A model generated the notes under the pieces. It was not told where the DNA came from. It worked only from the letters and a program-made list of their open reading frames with translations, and did not search any database. 47,277 nt of DNA. Origin: Octopus sinensis (Eukaryota). Position numbers and translations under genes: made by a program. Below are positions 1 through 11,494 of this stretch, one piece after another (the first letter of the stretch is position 1; each line of letters begins with the position of its first letter). Location: NCBI RefSeq assembly GCF_006345805.1, contig NW_021834561.1, positions 1 through 47,277 of the forward strand. Reading direction: 5' to 3'.

Positions 1-52
1 ACTAAAGAAATAAATTAAGAAAATATGTGTTCATGACAAGCGTCAGCATCTC

Positions 53-60
53 TGACGTCA
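53..60. promoter_or_regulatory. Palindromic CRE (CREB/ATF site) TGACGTCA
   Basis: Exact TGACGTCA, with a half site CGTCA at 41-45. Confidence 0.55.
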
Positions 61-236
61 ATAATTAATAAAGCGGCGCACGGTATAACCCATAACCAGT
101 AGAATCGCGCTAAAATTCCGGAGGATGCCGAAGGTTGGTGTTTAGCAAATGAAATGCATTGAGTTTTGAGGAAATCCGTGAATATTTCTTACTTGTATAG
201 GCTAACACATTGAACGTGCGCGATGCTGGTTGTGTT

Positions 237-244
237 TGACGTCA
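237..244. promoter_or_regulatory. Second palindromic CRE TGACGTCA
   Basis: Exact TGACGTCA, 184 bp from the first. Confidence 0.55.
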
Positions 245-603
245 GTAACGAAATCTCACGTTGATGTTAGCAGCCGAGTTAGAATCATTCCGGAAAGAGT
301 CGAATGTTTTAATTGGTTTTTAGTATCTCGGATTTATCTGCTGCATAATACTGGCTATGATGTTGAACGTTGTGAAGGCCTGCGTAGATAGCAATTAAGT
401 GCCGTGCGCAGAGGAACAGATACCTGCCAGGAGTAATGCTGGTTGCGGGATACCCTTGTAATTACTAAAAACTGTCCTACAAACATCACAATAGCTCCTG
501 CTATAATCAACGGTAAGCTTCAAATTTTTTTCTCCTTATTTTAAATCATTTAAAAATTATTATTATTTAAAAAAAATTTATTTTCTCATATAAGTTAGTA
601 CAA

Positions 604-1365
604 TGTTTAGCACGCCGGACCATAACGCTTGGCGGCATTTCGTCCGTCCTTACGTCCAGAGTTTCAAATTTCGCCGAGGTCCACCGACTAAAAGCGGCGA
701 GCTCGGAAAATGATTATAGCACGCTGCACAAACCGCTTCGCAGCATTTCGTCCGTCTTTACATCCAGAATCCAAATTCCGCCGAGATTGACTGCCTTAGA
801 ATTCTTTCGGGGTCGAAAGTACCAGTTGAGCACAGGAATCGATGCAATCAGTTTGCCCCTTCCTCTAAATTTCAGGTCTTGTCCCCAAATTGGTGTAAGG
901 CGGTGAGTTGGCAGAATTATAAGCTTTGCGGCGTTTCGTCCGTATTTTCGTTCCGAGTTCAGATTCTGCCGAGGTTAACTTTACCTTCCATCCTTTCAGG
1001 GGTCGATGAAATGAAGTACCAGTTGAGCGAGCACTAGAGTTGATGCAATCAACTTATGCCTTCTTCCTAAAATTTCTTGCATTGCACAAAAATTCGAAAC
1101 CAAATTTCGCCGAGGTTGACTTTACCTTCCATCCTTTCGGGTTGATAAAATAAGGGTAAAGTACCAGTAGAGTTCAGGGGTCGATGTAACCGACTTACCC
1201 CTTGCCCCTAAAATTACTGGCCTTGTACCAAAATTTAAAACGAAATTTCGTTGAAGTCGACTTTACCTTTCGATCAAATAAATACCAGTTGATTGCTAGG
1301 GTCGATGTAATCGACAAGCCCCCTGCCCCAGAATTTCAAGTATTGCACCTGTAACAGAAAGAATT
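604..1365 (+). mobile_element. Cluster of head-to-tail tRNA-derived SINE copies (family A)
   Basis: Repeated GGCG(G/A)(C/T)GAGCTGGCAGAA head, GAGTTCAAAT B-box-like motif and CCGAGGTTGACTTTACCTTCCATCCTTTCGGGGTCGAT...GTACCAGTTGAGCAC body. About five full or partial copies. Confidence 0.85.
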
Positions 1366-2267
1366 CTACCCTCATGTTTATTTAATATCGATATCAATCA
1401 GCTTTAGGTGTTGACAATATCGGGGGTACCTGCTTGTTTAATTACAATTAATTTAGCTGGATGCTCGGCGGCTACCGTTGTGTGGTGTCGACGAAGGCCG
1501 CACGTGTGCACAGCTTCGATTGGTTTAACACAAGAAGGCTTGCCTCTGTCGTGCCAATCAGTTGACGCTTGTTGGTCACTAACATTTCAACTGTCTGAAA
1601 TTTCCCTTAATTTAATTACATGGCACCTTCCAGGGCAGACGGGAGGAAAATCCCTTTATTGTTTAGGACAGGAAAGTGTGTGTGTATGTGTGTCGGGGAC
1701 TGTTTTTTTTTTATTTAATTTAAAAAAATATTTTTTTCTGTTACGTTATTGCGCTTAAAAAGGTCGGTGCGTTGCAAAAGGAAGACCAAGCTTAATTTGG
1801 GCCCAGTATATTTTCAAGTGTGTCGGGTTGGTCAAACACATTTACCTTTATTTCTCTCTCTCTCTTTCTCTCATACACACACACACATACACGTTATTAC
1901 ATTATTACACACATAATCACACACTCATACATTTACCTGTCTAGTCGTATAAAAAGAAATTAAAAAGAAAAAACGTATTGTAATATTGTGTTTTTGATTA
2001 TATTTGGTTAAATGCACTTGTGTCTTCGCCACCCACCTATCTTATAGCATTTAGCGGGGTGCGTAGCTATAATTATCATCATCATCGATATTGGTATTAA
2101 TGTGGAACTGATAGCATGGATACCAGTTGTATACTGGTAACAACTATATATATTTGTTCCTTTTTTTTAAGGAAAGGGTCAAGATAAATACAAAACGACT
2201 ACGCCTACAATAATAAATGACCCATTACTACTATTACTACTACTACTGCTACTACAACATGAAGGCT

Positions 2268-2490
2268 TTGAGATGGCAGAATCATTAGCATGCCGGACGA
2301 AATGCCGCTACGCATTTCATCCGTCTTTACGTTCTAAGTACAAATTCTGCCGAGATCGATTTTGCCTTTGATCCCTTTTCGGGGACGATAAAATAGGTAT
2401 TAGTTGAACACTGGCGTGATTGTAATCGTCTTTAACCCACCCCCGAAATTACTGGCCTTGTGCCAAAACTTGAAACTATTATTATTATTT
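2268..2490 (+). mobile_element. SINE family A copy with (ATT)n tail
   Basis: GAGATGGCAGAATCATTAGC...GGCCTTGTGCCAAAACTTGAAAC followed by TATTATT. Confidence 0.85.
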
Positions 2491-2538
2491 TTTTAATATT
2501 ATTTCGATCAGCTTCACACACGCATACACGTTTATATT

Positions 2539-2593
<55 letters not shown>

Positions 2594-2993
2594 GCTTACA
2601 TAATTTCATGTAATTTAAATGTGTTACCTACTAATTAAACATTTCCATTTGTGTTGGTTTCCTATTTCGTGTGTGTGTGTGTGTCTATGCATTTACATAG
2701 TAATTATATTCAAATATAAATATGTATGCATGTGTGTGCATGCGTCGTGTGTGTGTGTACGTGCGTCGTGTGTGCGTGTGTGTGTGTGCGCGTGTGCGTG
2801 TGCATATAATTTGATTTTCCCCCCATCACCGTCATAGCGATTGAACTCACACCTCCCACGTTTGATTTACTCCTTAATGCCCCATCATGCATCGTATGTC
2901 ATGATATAGTCATTGTCACACCACTGATAAACGGTATCATTATTATTATTATTATTATTATTATCATTATTATTATTATTATTATTATTATTT

Positions 2994-4045
2994 AGGCGAT
3001 GAGATGGTAGAATGGAGAAAATGCTTAGCGGCATTTCATCCGTCTTTACGCTTTGAGTTCAAAGGCCACTGAGGTCAGCTTTACCTTTCATACATTCAGT
3101 GTCAATAAAGTACAAGAGGAGTACTCAGGTTGAAGCAATTGCCATACATGCCACTCATCAAAATTTCAGGCCTTGTGCCTAAAATAGAAAGACTTATTAT
3201 TATTATTATTATTATTAGTATTGTTATTATTATTATTATTTAGGCTGCGAGCTGGCAGAATTGCTATCATGGCATTTCTTCCAGCTTTATTTTTCTGAGT
3301 TGAAATGATACTGAGAAACTGATGAAATATGTACCAGTTGCACACTGGGGTTCAGTGTAATGGATGGACTGGCCCTCTCCCCTCCCCAGAACTTCAGGCA
3401 ATGTGCTTATATTAGAAAGGGCTATTATTATAATTAAGTGCTGAAGTCGACTTTGCCTTTCTTTATTTTGTGGTTGATGAAATAAGTACCGCCTGAGTAC
3501 TGGGGGTTGATGTAATCAATTTAGCCCCTCCCCTCAACTTGCTGGCCTTGCGTCAAAATATGAAGCCTTTTATTATTACGTGTTTTATTTCTTCCTTCAG
3601 TTTTGCTTCTCTTTCTTGCCGGGTGTCTTCTCGACACCTTGGGCAAACTAACTCATATACATTGATAGGCCATTGAAACAAACCCCACTAGATTGATAAT
3701 TTACAAAATTCAAGTAAAGTTATATAAAAAAAAAATTGTTTTACAATTAAGGTTATCATTTTCACAGCATCATTATCGACAAGCTGGCAGAATCATTAGC
3801 ACATTGGACAAAATGCTTAGTGAGTTGTATGTTTGTCTGTCTTTATGTTCTGAGTTCAAATGCCACTGAGGTCAACTTCATTTTTCATCTTTTTGGGATC
3901 AATGAAATGAGCACTAATTGAGCATTGGGGGTCAGTACAATTGACTGGCCCCTTCACCTCAAAATTTCAGGCCTTGTGCTTATAGTAGAAAGAAATATTA
4001 TTATTATTATTATTCTGGCCTTGAGCCAAAATTTGAAACCATTAT
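2994..4045 (+). mobile_element. Tandem SINE family A copies separated by (TAT)n tails
   Basis: Copies at about 2994-3200, 3242-3435, 3440-3575 and 3778-4045 share head and body with the 604-1365 cluster. Confidence 0.85.
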
Positions 4046-4281
4046 TATTATTATTATTAGTAGTAGTAGTATTAGTATTATTAGTATTATTAGTATTATT
4101 ATTATTATTGTTATTATTATCATTAATAGTATTAGTATTATTAGTATTAGTATTATTATTATTAGTATTGTTATTATTATTATTATTAGTATTGTTATTA
4201 TTATTATTATTATTATTAATTTTATTAGTATTATTAGTATTAGTATTGTTGTTATTATTATTATTATCCTTATTATTATTG

Positions 4282-4312
<31 letters not shown>

Positions 4313-4360
4313 CCTTATTATTATTATTGTTATTATTATTATTAATGTTGTTATTACTGT
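4042..4360. repeat. Degenerate (TAT)n/(TAG)n/(TGT)n trinucleotide microsatellite
   Basis: Seen directly; it produces the poly-Leu and poly-Ile ORFs. Confidence 0.95.
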
Positions 4361-4789
4361 TTTTATATTGTTCATTTTGTTATGAACACTTATGCAATTC
4401 TTTGGCAGCACTTCCCAGTATTTGACTTTGGTAATTCTCAATGTTTCAGAATTATACATCTTTCTAATCCCCACCCTCACAAAATCCTGTTTTTAGCCAG
4501 GATTTTATTTTCAGTGTGCAAACCCCCAAAAAGCTAATCGTTATATTCATCACCCTTTACCTGTGTACATACACCCACTCACTCACATAAGTGAATGTGA
4601 AGGCCATGATCTCAACTGCAAGGGTCAGGGACATAAAGAAACCTGTTATTTTTCACCACAAACTGTACACACACACACACACATTTACGTGCACACTCTA
4701 GGGGACACATATTTGACATAAAGCCACCACCCATATTGTAGTACTTCATCCATTTAGTCATGGTTACTTTTGCCCTGTTCTTTTTCAAT

Positions 4790-5150
4790 CTTGCAAGTTA
4801 CTTGGTGACCTTAATGGTACTCGTACATCATAAAAAGCACCCAGTCCACTCTGTAAAGCAGTTATTGTTAGAAAGGGCATCTAGCTGTGGAAACCATGCC
4901 AAAGCAGATGGTTGAGTTTCGAGCAGTCTTCTGACTTGCCAGCTCCTATCAAACCATCCAACCCAAGCTAGCATGGAAGAAGGTCACCAAATCTCTGTAA
5001 AATGGTTGTGCTTAAGAAGGGCACCCAGCTGCAGAAACCATGCCAAAGCAGACATAAGAACTTGGTACAGTCCTCTAGCTTGCCAATTCCTGTCAAACTG
5101 TCCAACCCATGCCAGCATGGAAAGGGGATGTTAAACGATGATGATGATGA
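4790..5150 (+). mobile_element. RTE-type LINE/SINE 3' end (family C), partly duplicated, (GAT)n tail
   Basis: GAAGGGCATCCAGCTG..GAAACCATGCCAAAGCAG occurs twice, ending CCAACCCATGCCAGCATGGAAA...GTTAAACGATGATGATGAT. Confidence 0.75.
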
Positions 5151-5369
5151 TAATTCAATTATAATATATATCTAATTTATTCTTTCCAGGTGGGATATCC
5201 TTATCTCACTCCCTCTACAGCAAGACACCTATTTGTGTTCCTCTGTTCATATTCTCTCTAACCCTGTGTTTCCCAACCTTTTCACAGTGGTTTCCAACCT
5301 TTTTATTTAAATGAGTTTTCCTCTGGACCCCTTTTAATATGCTTATCCTTATGTATGTGTGTATATATC

Positions 5370-5547
5370 GATCAGTCGCCATGATAGATCGTTAGCCACT
5401 ACACACATTTTTTTCTCTCCTTGTTTCTCTCCTTATTTTTTTCTGTAGAAGAGCGTAGGCTTGAAACGTAAAAGACTTTTTCTATTCCTGAGCGTTATAC
5501 TAATACATCTGTTTGTACACCACCTGCCTTCGTCTTTTGTTTTTTTC

Positions 5548-5550
<3 letters not shown>
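5370..5550 (+). mobile_element. Penelope-like element terminal fragment with degenerate minimal hammerhead
   Basis: GAAGAGCGTAGGCTTGAAACGTA at 5448-5470, followed by a T-rich tail and (TA)n. The same sequence appears inverted at 32185-32281. Confidence 0.55.
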
Positions 5551-5584
<34 letters not shown>

Positions 5585-5949
5585 GTGTATGTGTGTGTGT
5601 GTGTATGAAATTTTGAATTTAGTTCATGGACCCCTAATACTATTTTTGCCAACACCAGGCCAGGACCACTGTTCTAACCTCTTGTCATCTGGCTCAAAGC
5701 CATCCCCTAAATGCTACGCCTGATTTAGTTGAGAAGCCTTGTCTAGCAAGTGACATAATGATCTCATTGCTACTTCTCTTATGTAAAACACATCCAGAAC
5801 ATTCTGTAAAGTGGTTGGCATTTGGAACGACATCCAGCCATAGAAATCATGTCAAGCAGGCAATAGACCTCAATGCAGCCTTGCTGTATGCTGGCTCCCG
5901 TCAAATTGTCCAGTCTTTCCTAGCTTGGAAAACATTAAGAGATGATAAT

Positions 5950-6034
5950 TTATCTGTTTTTATCTGTCTGTCTGTCTATTTCTCTGTCTGTCTATCTATC
6001 TATCTGTCTGCCTGCCTGCCTTCCTTCCTGCCTA

Positions 6035-6065
<31 letters not shown>

Positions 6066-6220
6066 CTTTGTCTATCTGTCTATCTTTTTGTCTATCTATC
6101 TATCTCTGTCTATCTATCTACCTTCTGTCTATCTATCTACCTTCTGTCTATCTATCTACCTTCTGTCTATCTATCTATCTATCTCTCTATCTATCCATCC
6201 ATCCATCCATCCATCCACAT
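5950..6220. repeat. (TCTA)n/(TCTG)n/(TCCA)n tetranucleotide microsatellite
   Basis: Seen directly. Confidence 0.95.
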
Positions 6221-6274
6221 TCACACACCTTGTTGCTATGAGTAGGCACACAGGCACTTCAAATTTTTATGTTA

Positions 6275-6317
<43 letters not shown>

Positions 6318-6356
6318 CACATAATGATAATAGTCCTTTCTAATATAGGACTATGT

Positions 6357-6680
6357 GAAGGCGTGTGGCTTAGTGGTTAGGGCATTCAACTCATGATTGT
6401 AAGGTCGAGAGTTTGATTTCCAGCGAAGCATTGTGTCCTTGAGCAAGACACTTTATTTCACATTGCTCCAGTCCACTCAGCTGGCAAAAGTGAGTTGTAC
6501 CTGTATTTCAAAGGGATGGCCTTGTCACACTCTGTGTCACGCTGAATCCACCCCCAGAGAACTACGTTAGGGGTATGTGTGTCTGTGGATTGCTCAGTCA
6601 CTTGCATGTTAATATCATGAGCAGGCTGTTCCATTGATCATATCAGCTGGGACCCTTGTCATCGTAACCGGCAGAGTGCT

Positions 6681-6682
<2 letters not shown>
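6357..6682 (+). mobile_element. tRNA-derived SINE (family D)
   Basis: A-box TGGCTTAGTGG, degenerate B-box GAGTTTGATTT, then GTGTCCTTGAGCAAGACACTT...CCAGTCCACTCAGCTG. A related copy lies at 24197-24530. Confidence 0.8.
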
Positions 6683-6740
<58 letters not shown>

Positions 6741-6769
6741 CACACCACACACACACATATATACACACA

Positions 6770-6955
6770 TATACATATAAAAGTTACAATTGGGACAAGA
6801 ACGCAAAACATCCAAATGTACGATACAAAAAAACACGGATGGGTCATTCGAAGCCGTTAATCTTCAGTCAAGAACTGGATCATCCTTGCAATTTTGGCTG
6901 ATTAATCTTGAGATTGCTCCAATCTGGCCAGCCCCAAGGAAAAACTAAGCTAAAT
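6770..6955 (-). mobile_element. Probable Penelope-like terminal fragment
   Basis: Short unique insert between TA/CA microsatellites. The minus strand has CTGAAGA and a T-rich tail like the other PLE-type ends here, but no complete hammerhead. Confidence 0.35.
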
Positions 6956-7287
6956 GTGTGTGTATACATATATAATCACCATATTCATCAGACTGTCAGA
7001 TGTGTTTATACCCCTCTGTGATTATGATGTGGTTTCTACTATTTAGCTTTCGGATGATGCAACTCAGCTGGCTAGGTGGGAGGACCAGCATTCCCTCTGA
7101 AGGGAACACCATTCTATCATAGGATTACCTATCCATTTGATGCTGAATGAACTGGAGCAATGTGAAATGAAGTGCTTTGCACAAGAACATGTCACCATCA
7201 GTATTGGCACCAAAACCACTTTCATTTATGAGTGCCAGCCCTAAACACTAGGCCATGTACTTTTATACACACACACACACACACACA

Positions 7288-7822
7288 CATCATCATCATC
7301 ATTTAACATCCACTCTCCATGCTGGCATGGGTTGGACGGTTCAACTGGGGTCTGGGAAGCCAGAAGGCTGCACCAGGCCCAGTCTGATCTAGCAGTGTTT
7401 CTACAGCTGGATGCCCTTCCTAACGCCAACCACTCCATGTAGTGGGTGCTTTTTACGTGCCACTGGCACAGGTGCCAGGCGAGGCTGGCAGACGGCCATG
7501 ATTGGATGGTGCTTTTTACGTTCCACCGGCATGTGGACCAGACGAAGCTGGCAACAGCCATGGTTGGATGGTGCTTTTTACATGCCACCGGCACGGAGGC
7601 CAGTCGGGCGGCGCTGGCTACGGCCACGTTCGGATAGTTCTCTTACGTGCCACCGGAACTGGTATCACAGCTACAAATTCCATTGATGTTGATAGATCAC
7701 GATTTTGATTTTGATCTTCACTTGCCTCAACAGGTCTTCACAAGTGGAGTTTTGTGTCCCAAGAAGGAAAGGAATGCATAAGTAGGCTGGCTACATCCCA
7801 GGTGTAGGCCACGGGATTACAT
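7288..7822 (-). mobile_element. RTE-type 3' UTR (family C) with four ~62-66 bp hairpin units
   Basis: (CAT)n tail at the left, GGATGCCCTTCCTAACGCCAACCACTC, and units starting near 7446, 7509, 7571 and 7637. Confidence 0.85.
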
Positions 7823-7841
7823 CTATATATATATATATATA

Positions 7842-8100
7842 TGGAGCCTGGTGCAGCCCTCTGGCTTCCCAGTCCCCGGTCAAATGTCCAACCCATGCTA
7901 GCATGGAAAACGGACGTTAAACTATGATGATGACGATATATATATATATAAATCATCATTTAACATCTGTTTTCCATGTTGGAATGGGTTAGACTCTTTT
8001 AGCAGAGCTGGCAAGCCAGAGAGCTGTGCCAAGCTCCAGTCTGATTGGAGCTATGGTTTCTATGGCTGGATACCCTTCCTGACATCAACCACTTTACTAA
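7842..8100. mobile_element. Two family C 3' ends in tail-to-tail inverted orientation
   Basis: 7842-7935 (+) and 7953-8100 (-), separated by a short (TA)n tract. Confidence 0.75.
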
Positions 8101-8290
8101 CGAATAATAATAATTCTTTGGGGTAAGAGGTTAGTTGATTACATCAACCCTAGTACTTGATTGGTACTTATTTCATTGACCCTTGAAAGATGACAGGCAA
8201 GTTGACCGTGGCAGAATTTGAACCTAGGATGTGAAGTTGGGAGAAATGCTGCTAAGCATTCAGTCAAACGTACTAACGATTGTGCCATTA

Positions 8291-8519
8291 TTAACCCTTT
8301 AGTGTTCAGATTACTCTGTTGAATGTAATACTTTTATCAATCGAATTGTTTTGAATTAATCATACATTATCTTACAACTTTGAAGTTTCAATGGTGTGAT
8401 AGTTTATTCTTAGAATGTCAGTGTAGGTTAGGTGTAAGAGGCTAGATATGGCCAGTTTAAATGTAAAACATGTATGATATTTGGGCCGGATATGGCCGGC
8501 TTAAACACCAAAGGGTTAA
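8291..8519. mobile_element. piggyBac-type MITE (family 1)
   Basis: TTAA|CCCTTTAGTGTT ... AACACCAAAGGG|TTAA, giving a TTAA TSD and CCC termini. The internal sequence is shared with the 13584, 33783 and 46346 copies. Confidence 0.8.
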
Positions 8520-9025
8520 ATAATGATTTCATTTATCAGTCGCTGGTGGGTATAGGGAAGGACAGTTAACAATTTGCGCTGGGGTTTACTTAAAAGATGG
8601 AGCAAAGGAAAGGGGGAATGACAGTGAATTAAGATAAAAGTATACATAATTTACAAAATGTAACCTGATTGATGCAGGAGAAACTCCAATTAGGGCCAAC
8701 GAATCCTACAGATCCAGGATTACCCTGACCACCAATTGTACAAACCCTTGCCCAATCGATGTTTTTTCAATTTAGAGGCTCATGCTTATAGTTGGGTCAT
8801 TTACCCTAATCATTTTTGCCACAGTCACTCATCTTTTTACAATTTAACTGGTAGGTTAAATTACCTCTCCATCCTTGCTTTACTTTCCAAGTGGAACTTT
8901 AAAATGCTGATGAGGGCTTGACCAAAAAGGAAAGTGTCTTTCTTCAATACATTCAGTCTTGATCACCATAAAATCCTCTTTCACCATAGCTAAAGAAAAG
9001 CTGCCTCGACAAATTTTGCCCAATT
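8520..9025 (-). mobile_element. Degraded L1/Tx1-like LINE ORF2 C-terminus and 3' UTR
   Basis: Minus-strand translation gives the pieces LAMVKE... and RLNVLKKDTFLFGQALISILKFHLESKARMER, which resemble Tx1-clade ORF2 ends (from recall). Confidence 0.4.
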
Positions 9026-9303
9026 GAACATGAAAATGTTGGTGTTCAAATGATGATGATGATAATGATGATATTTGTGATTTAGGCACAAGGCCAACAA
9101 TTCAATGGATAGTTGATTAGTTAAATGTATCGACTCTAGTGCCCAACTGGTACTTTATTTTATTGATCCCGGAAGGTTGAAAGGTGATGTTGACTTTGGC
9201 AGAATTTGAACACAGAATGTAAATCTGGTATAAATGTCACTGTACATTTTATCCAGCATGCAAATGATTTTGTCGGCTTGCTTCCTTAATAATAACAATA
9301 AGA

Positions 9304-9915
9304 ACAAGAGAACTCAAAGAGCACAAGCCTCTGCCAAGGCAACACCAATGTCCTCTCAACAATTAGCCAAAGATGATTTTTTAAGTGAGAATATCTAAAA
9401 TAAACTCGACTGCTATTATAAATGAGAACACTAAAAATGGACCTGACTGCTCTCAAAAATTAAGTAAAAAAAAGCTGGAAAAATAATCCAGAATCCTTGT
9501 CTGGTATGGGATTGATCCCAAAATCTAATGAGTTTGTCCCAGTCGTGAGGCCAAACATCCTTGGAAGTTTCTTATTTTTTTATTGCCCACAAGGGGTTAA
9601 AAATAGGGGGGGGGACAAACAAGGACAGACAAAGGGATTAAGTCAATTACATCGACCCCAGTGTATAACTAGTACTTAATTTATTGACCCCCAAAAGGAT
9701 GAAAGACAAAGTTGACCTTGGCGGAATTTGAACTCAGAACATAACAGCAGACGAAATACCACTAAGCATTTTGCCCATGTGCTAACGTTTCTGCCAGATT
9801 GCCTGGAAGTTTCATTCAAATCCATCCTGCAGTTCTTGAGATATCTTGTCCATGGACAAACAAACAAACACTGCTGTAAACAATACCTCCAGCTTCTCTA
9901 AGGCGGATGTAATAA
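9304..9915. mobile_element. Helentron-associated (DINE-1/HINE-like) non-autonomous element interrupted by a SINE
   Basis: CCTCTGCCAAGGC near the left end, an (ACAA)n tract, and a terminal imperfect stem-loop ACCTCCAGCTT..AAGGCGGATGT. Confidence 0.45.
9572..9803 (-). mobile_element. SINE family A copy with target-site duplication
   Basis: Flanked by TGGAAGTTTC at 9562-9571 and 9804-9813. Confidence 0.85.
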
Positions 9916-10064
9916 TCCTTTCTACTATAGGGCCAAGGCCTGAAACTTTGTGGAGAGAGAGATAAACGATTGCATCAACCCCAGTATTCAACTGGTACTT
10001 ATTTTATTGACCCTGAAAGTAAGGCAAAGTCTACTTCTGTGGAATTTCAATTCAGAACATAAAA

Positions 10065-10098
<34 letters not shown>

Positions 10099-10589
10099 TA
10101 TACCACAAAGAAGTTTGTCAATGTTTGTCAATAATGGTTTCAAATTACATAGAATCCCAGTACATGACTGATACTTATTTTACCAGCCCTAAAAAGATGA
10201 AAAAGTAAAGTTGATATCAGCAGGATTTAAACTCAAAATAGAAAGAATTGGAATAACAATTACTGCCATGAAACAAATAAAACTTAAACTTAATCGTAGA
10301 CCTGATAAAGAAAATAGTGTTTAATTTCTCAAGAGTACTTATTCTGTTATACACACACACATATATATATATAATATAATATATACATATGTATGTACAT
10401 ATATATATACATTGCCTGATAAGATATATCTTTAATTACACTAAGGGGTGTAAAGATAGTTATATAGGACAGTTCAGAGATATTGCTAATTAAATATAGC
10501 CTAACAATTATTCTAATTCAAAGAGAATGTCTCTTGAATGTATTTTGATTAAATAATGATTTCCCCAATTGTTAGATAGTATAGTAATA

Positions 10590-11163
10590 CCCCTTTCTAA
10601 CTTTGGTGCAAGGCCAGCAATTTTGAGAAGTAGGTGGTGGGTGGAAATCAATTATATCAAGCTTAGTGCTCGTTTGGTACACATTTCAATCACCCCAGAT
10701 GGATGAAAAGCTTAGTTGATCTCAACAGAATTTGAACTCGGAATGTAAAGAGCCTTGGAAAATTGCTGTTAAGCAATGAGTCCAAAATGCTAACAGTTCT
10801 GCCAGCTCACTGCCTTATTGAGGATGATGATGATAATAATAATGGTTTCAAATTTTGGCACAAGGCCAAGCAATTTCTGGGTAGAGGTAAAGTTGATTAT
10901 ATAAACCTCAGTCAACTAGTATTTTTTTTATTGACCCGAAAGGATAATAATAATCCTTTTAACTAAAGGCACAAGGCTTGAAATATTTTGGGGAGAGGGC
11001 TAGTCGATTATATCTACCCCCAGTGTTTCACTTACCTATTTTATCGAACCTGAAAGGATAAGAGGCAACGTTGACCTTAGCAGAATTTGAACTCAGAACA
11101 TTGACTGATGAAATACTGCTTAGCATTTTGACCAGCATGCTAATAATTCTGCCCCTTGTTGCC

Positions 11164-11195
<32 letters not shown>

Positions 11196-11400
11196 CCTTT
11201 CTACTATAGACTCAACTTCTGACATTTTGGAGTAGGGTGGCTAGTGAATTGCATCAATACCCAGTGCTCAGCTGGTACTTATTTATCAACCACAAAAGGA
11301 TGAAATTTGAACTTAGAATGTAAAGAGCTGGAAGAAATGTCATTAACCAATGTGCCCAGCATGCTAATGATTTTGTGAGTTTCCAGTTTTAATAATAATG
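10590..11400 (-). mobile_element. Cluster of minus-strand SINE family A copies with (AAT)n spacers
   Basis: Reverse-complement motifs GGCACAAGGCC, GGTACTTATTT, GAATTTGAACTC and TTCTGCCAGCTC recur about four times. Confidence 0.8.
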
Positions 11401-11494
11401 TTAGTAAATGGTATCAGTAGAAAAAAATTAGAAAAATAGAGAAAATCGAATCGAATTGTATGTACAATGATGTAAGCTATACGTATATATATAT

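Larger units (their letters stand above)
1..512 (+). other. Candidate promoter-proximal, non-coding first exon (5' UTR) of an unidentified gene
   Basis: Unique, CpG-rich sequence ending in a strong donor AACG|GTAAGC (GT at 513), followed by an abrupt switch to AT-rich sequence. The ATGs at 264, 304, 357 and 436 all close before the donor (stops ending 323, 312, 398, 468). The TSS cannot be located. Confidence 0.55.

Noticed and set aside
1408-1758. 116-aa ORF in unique sequence
   Set aside because: GTG start, runs into TG and T tracts, and shows no protein-like features or splice support.
3925-4480. Poly-Leu and poly-Ile ORFs resembling membrane proteins
   Set aside because: Pure (TAT)n microsatellite.
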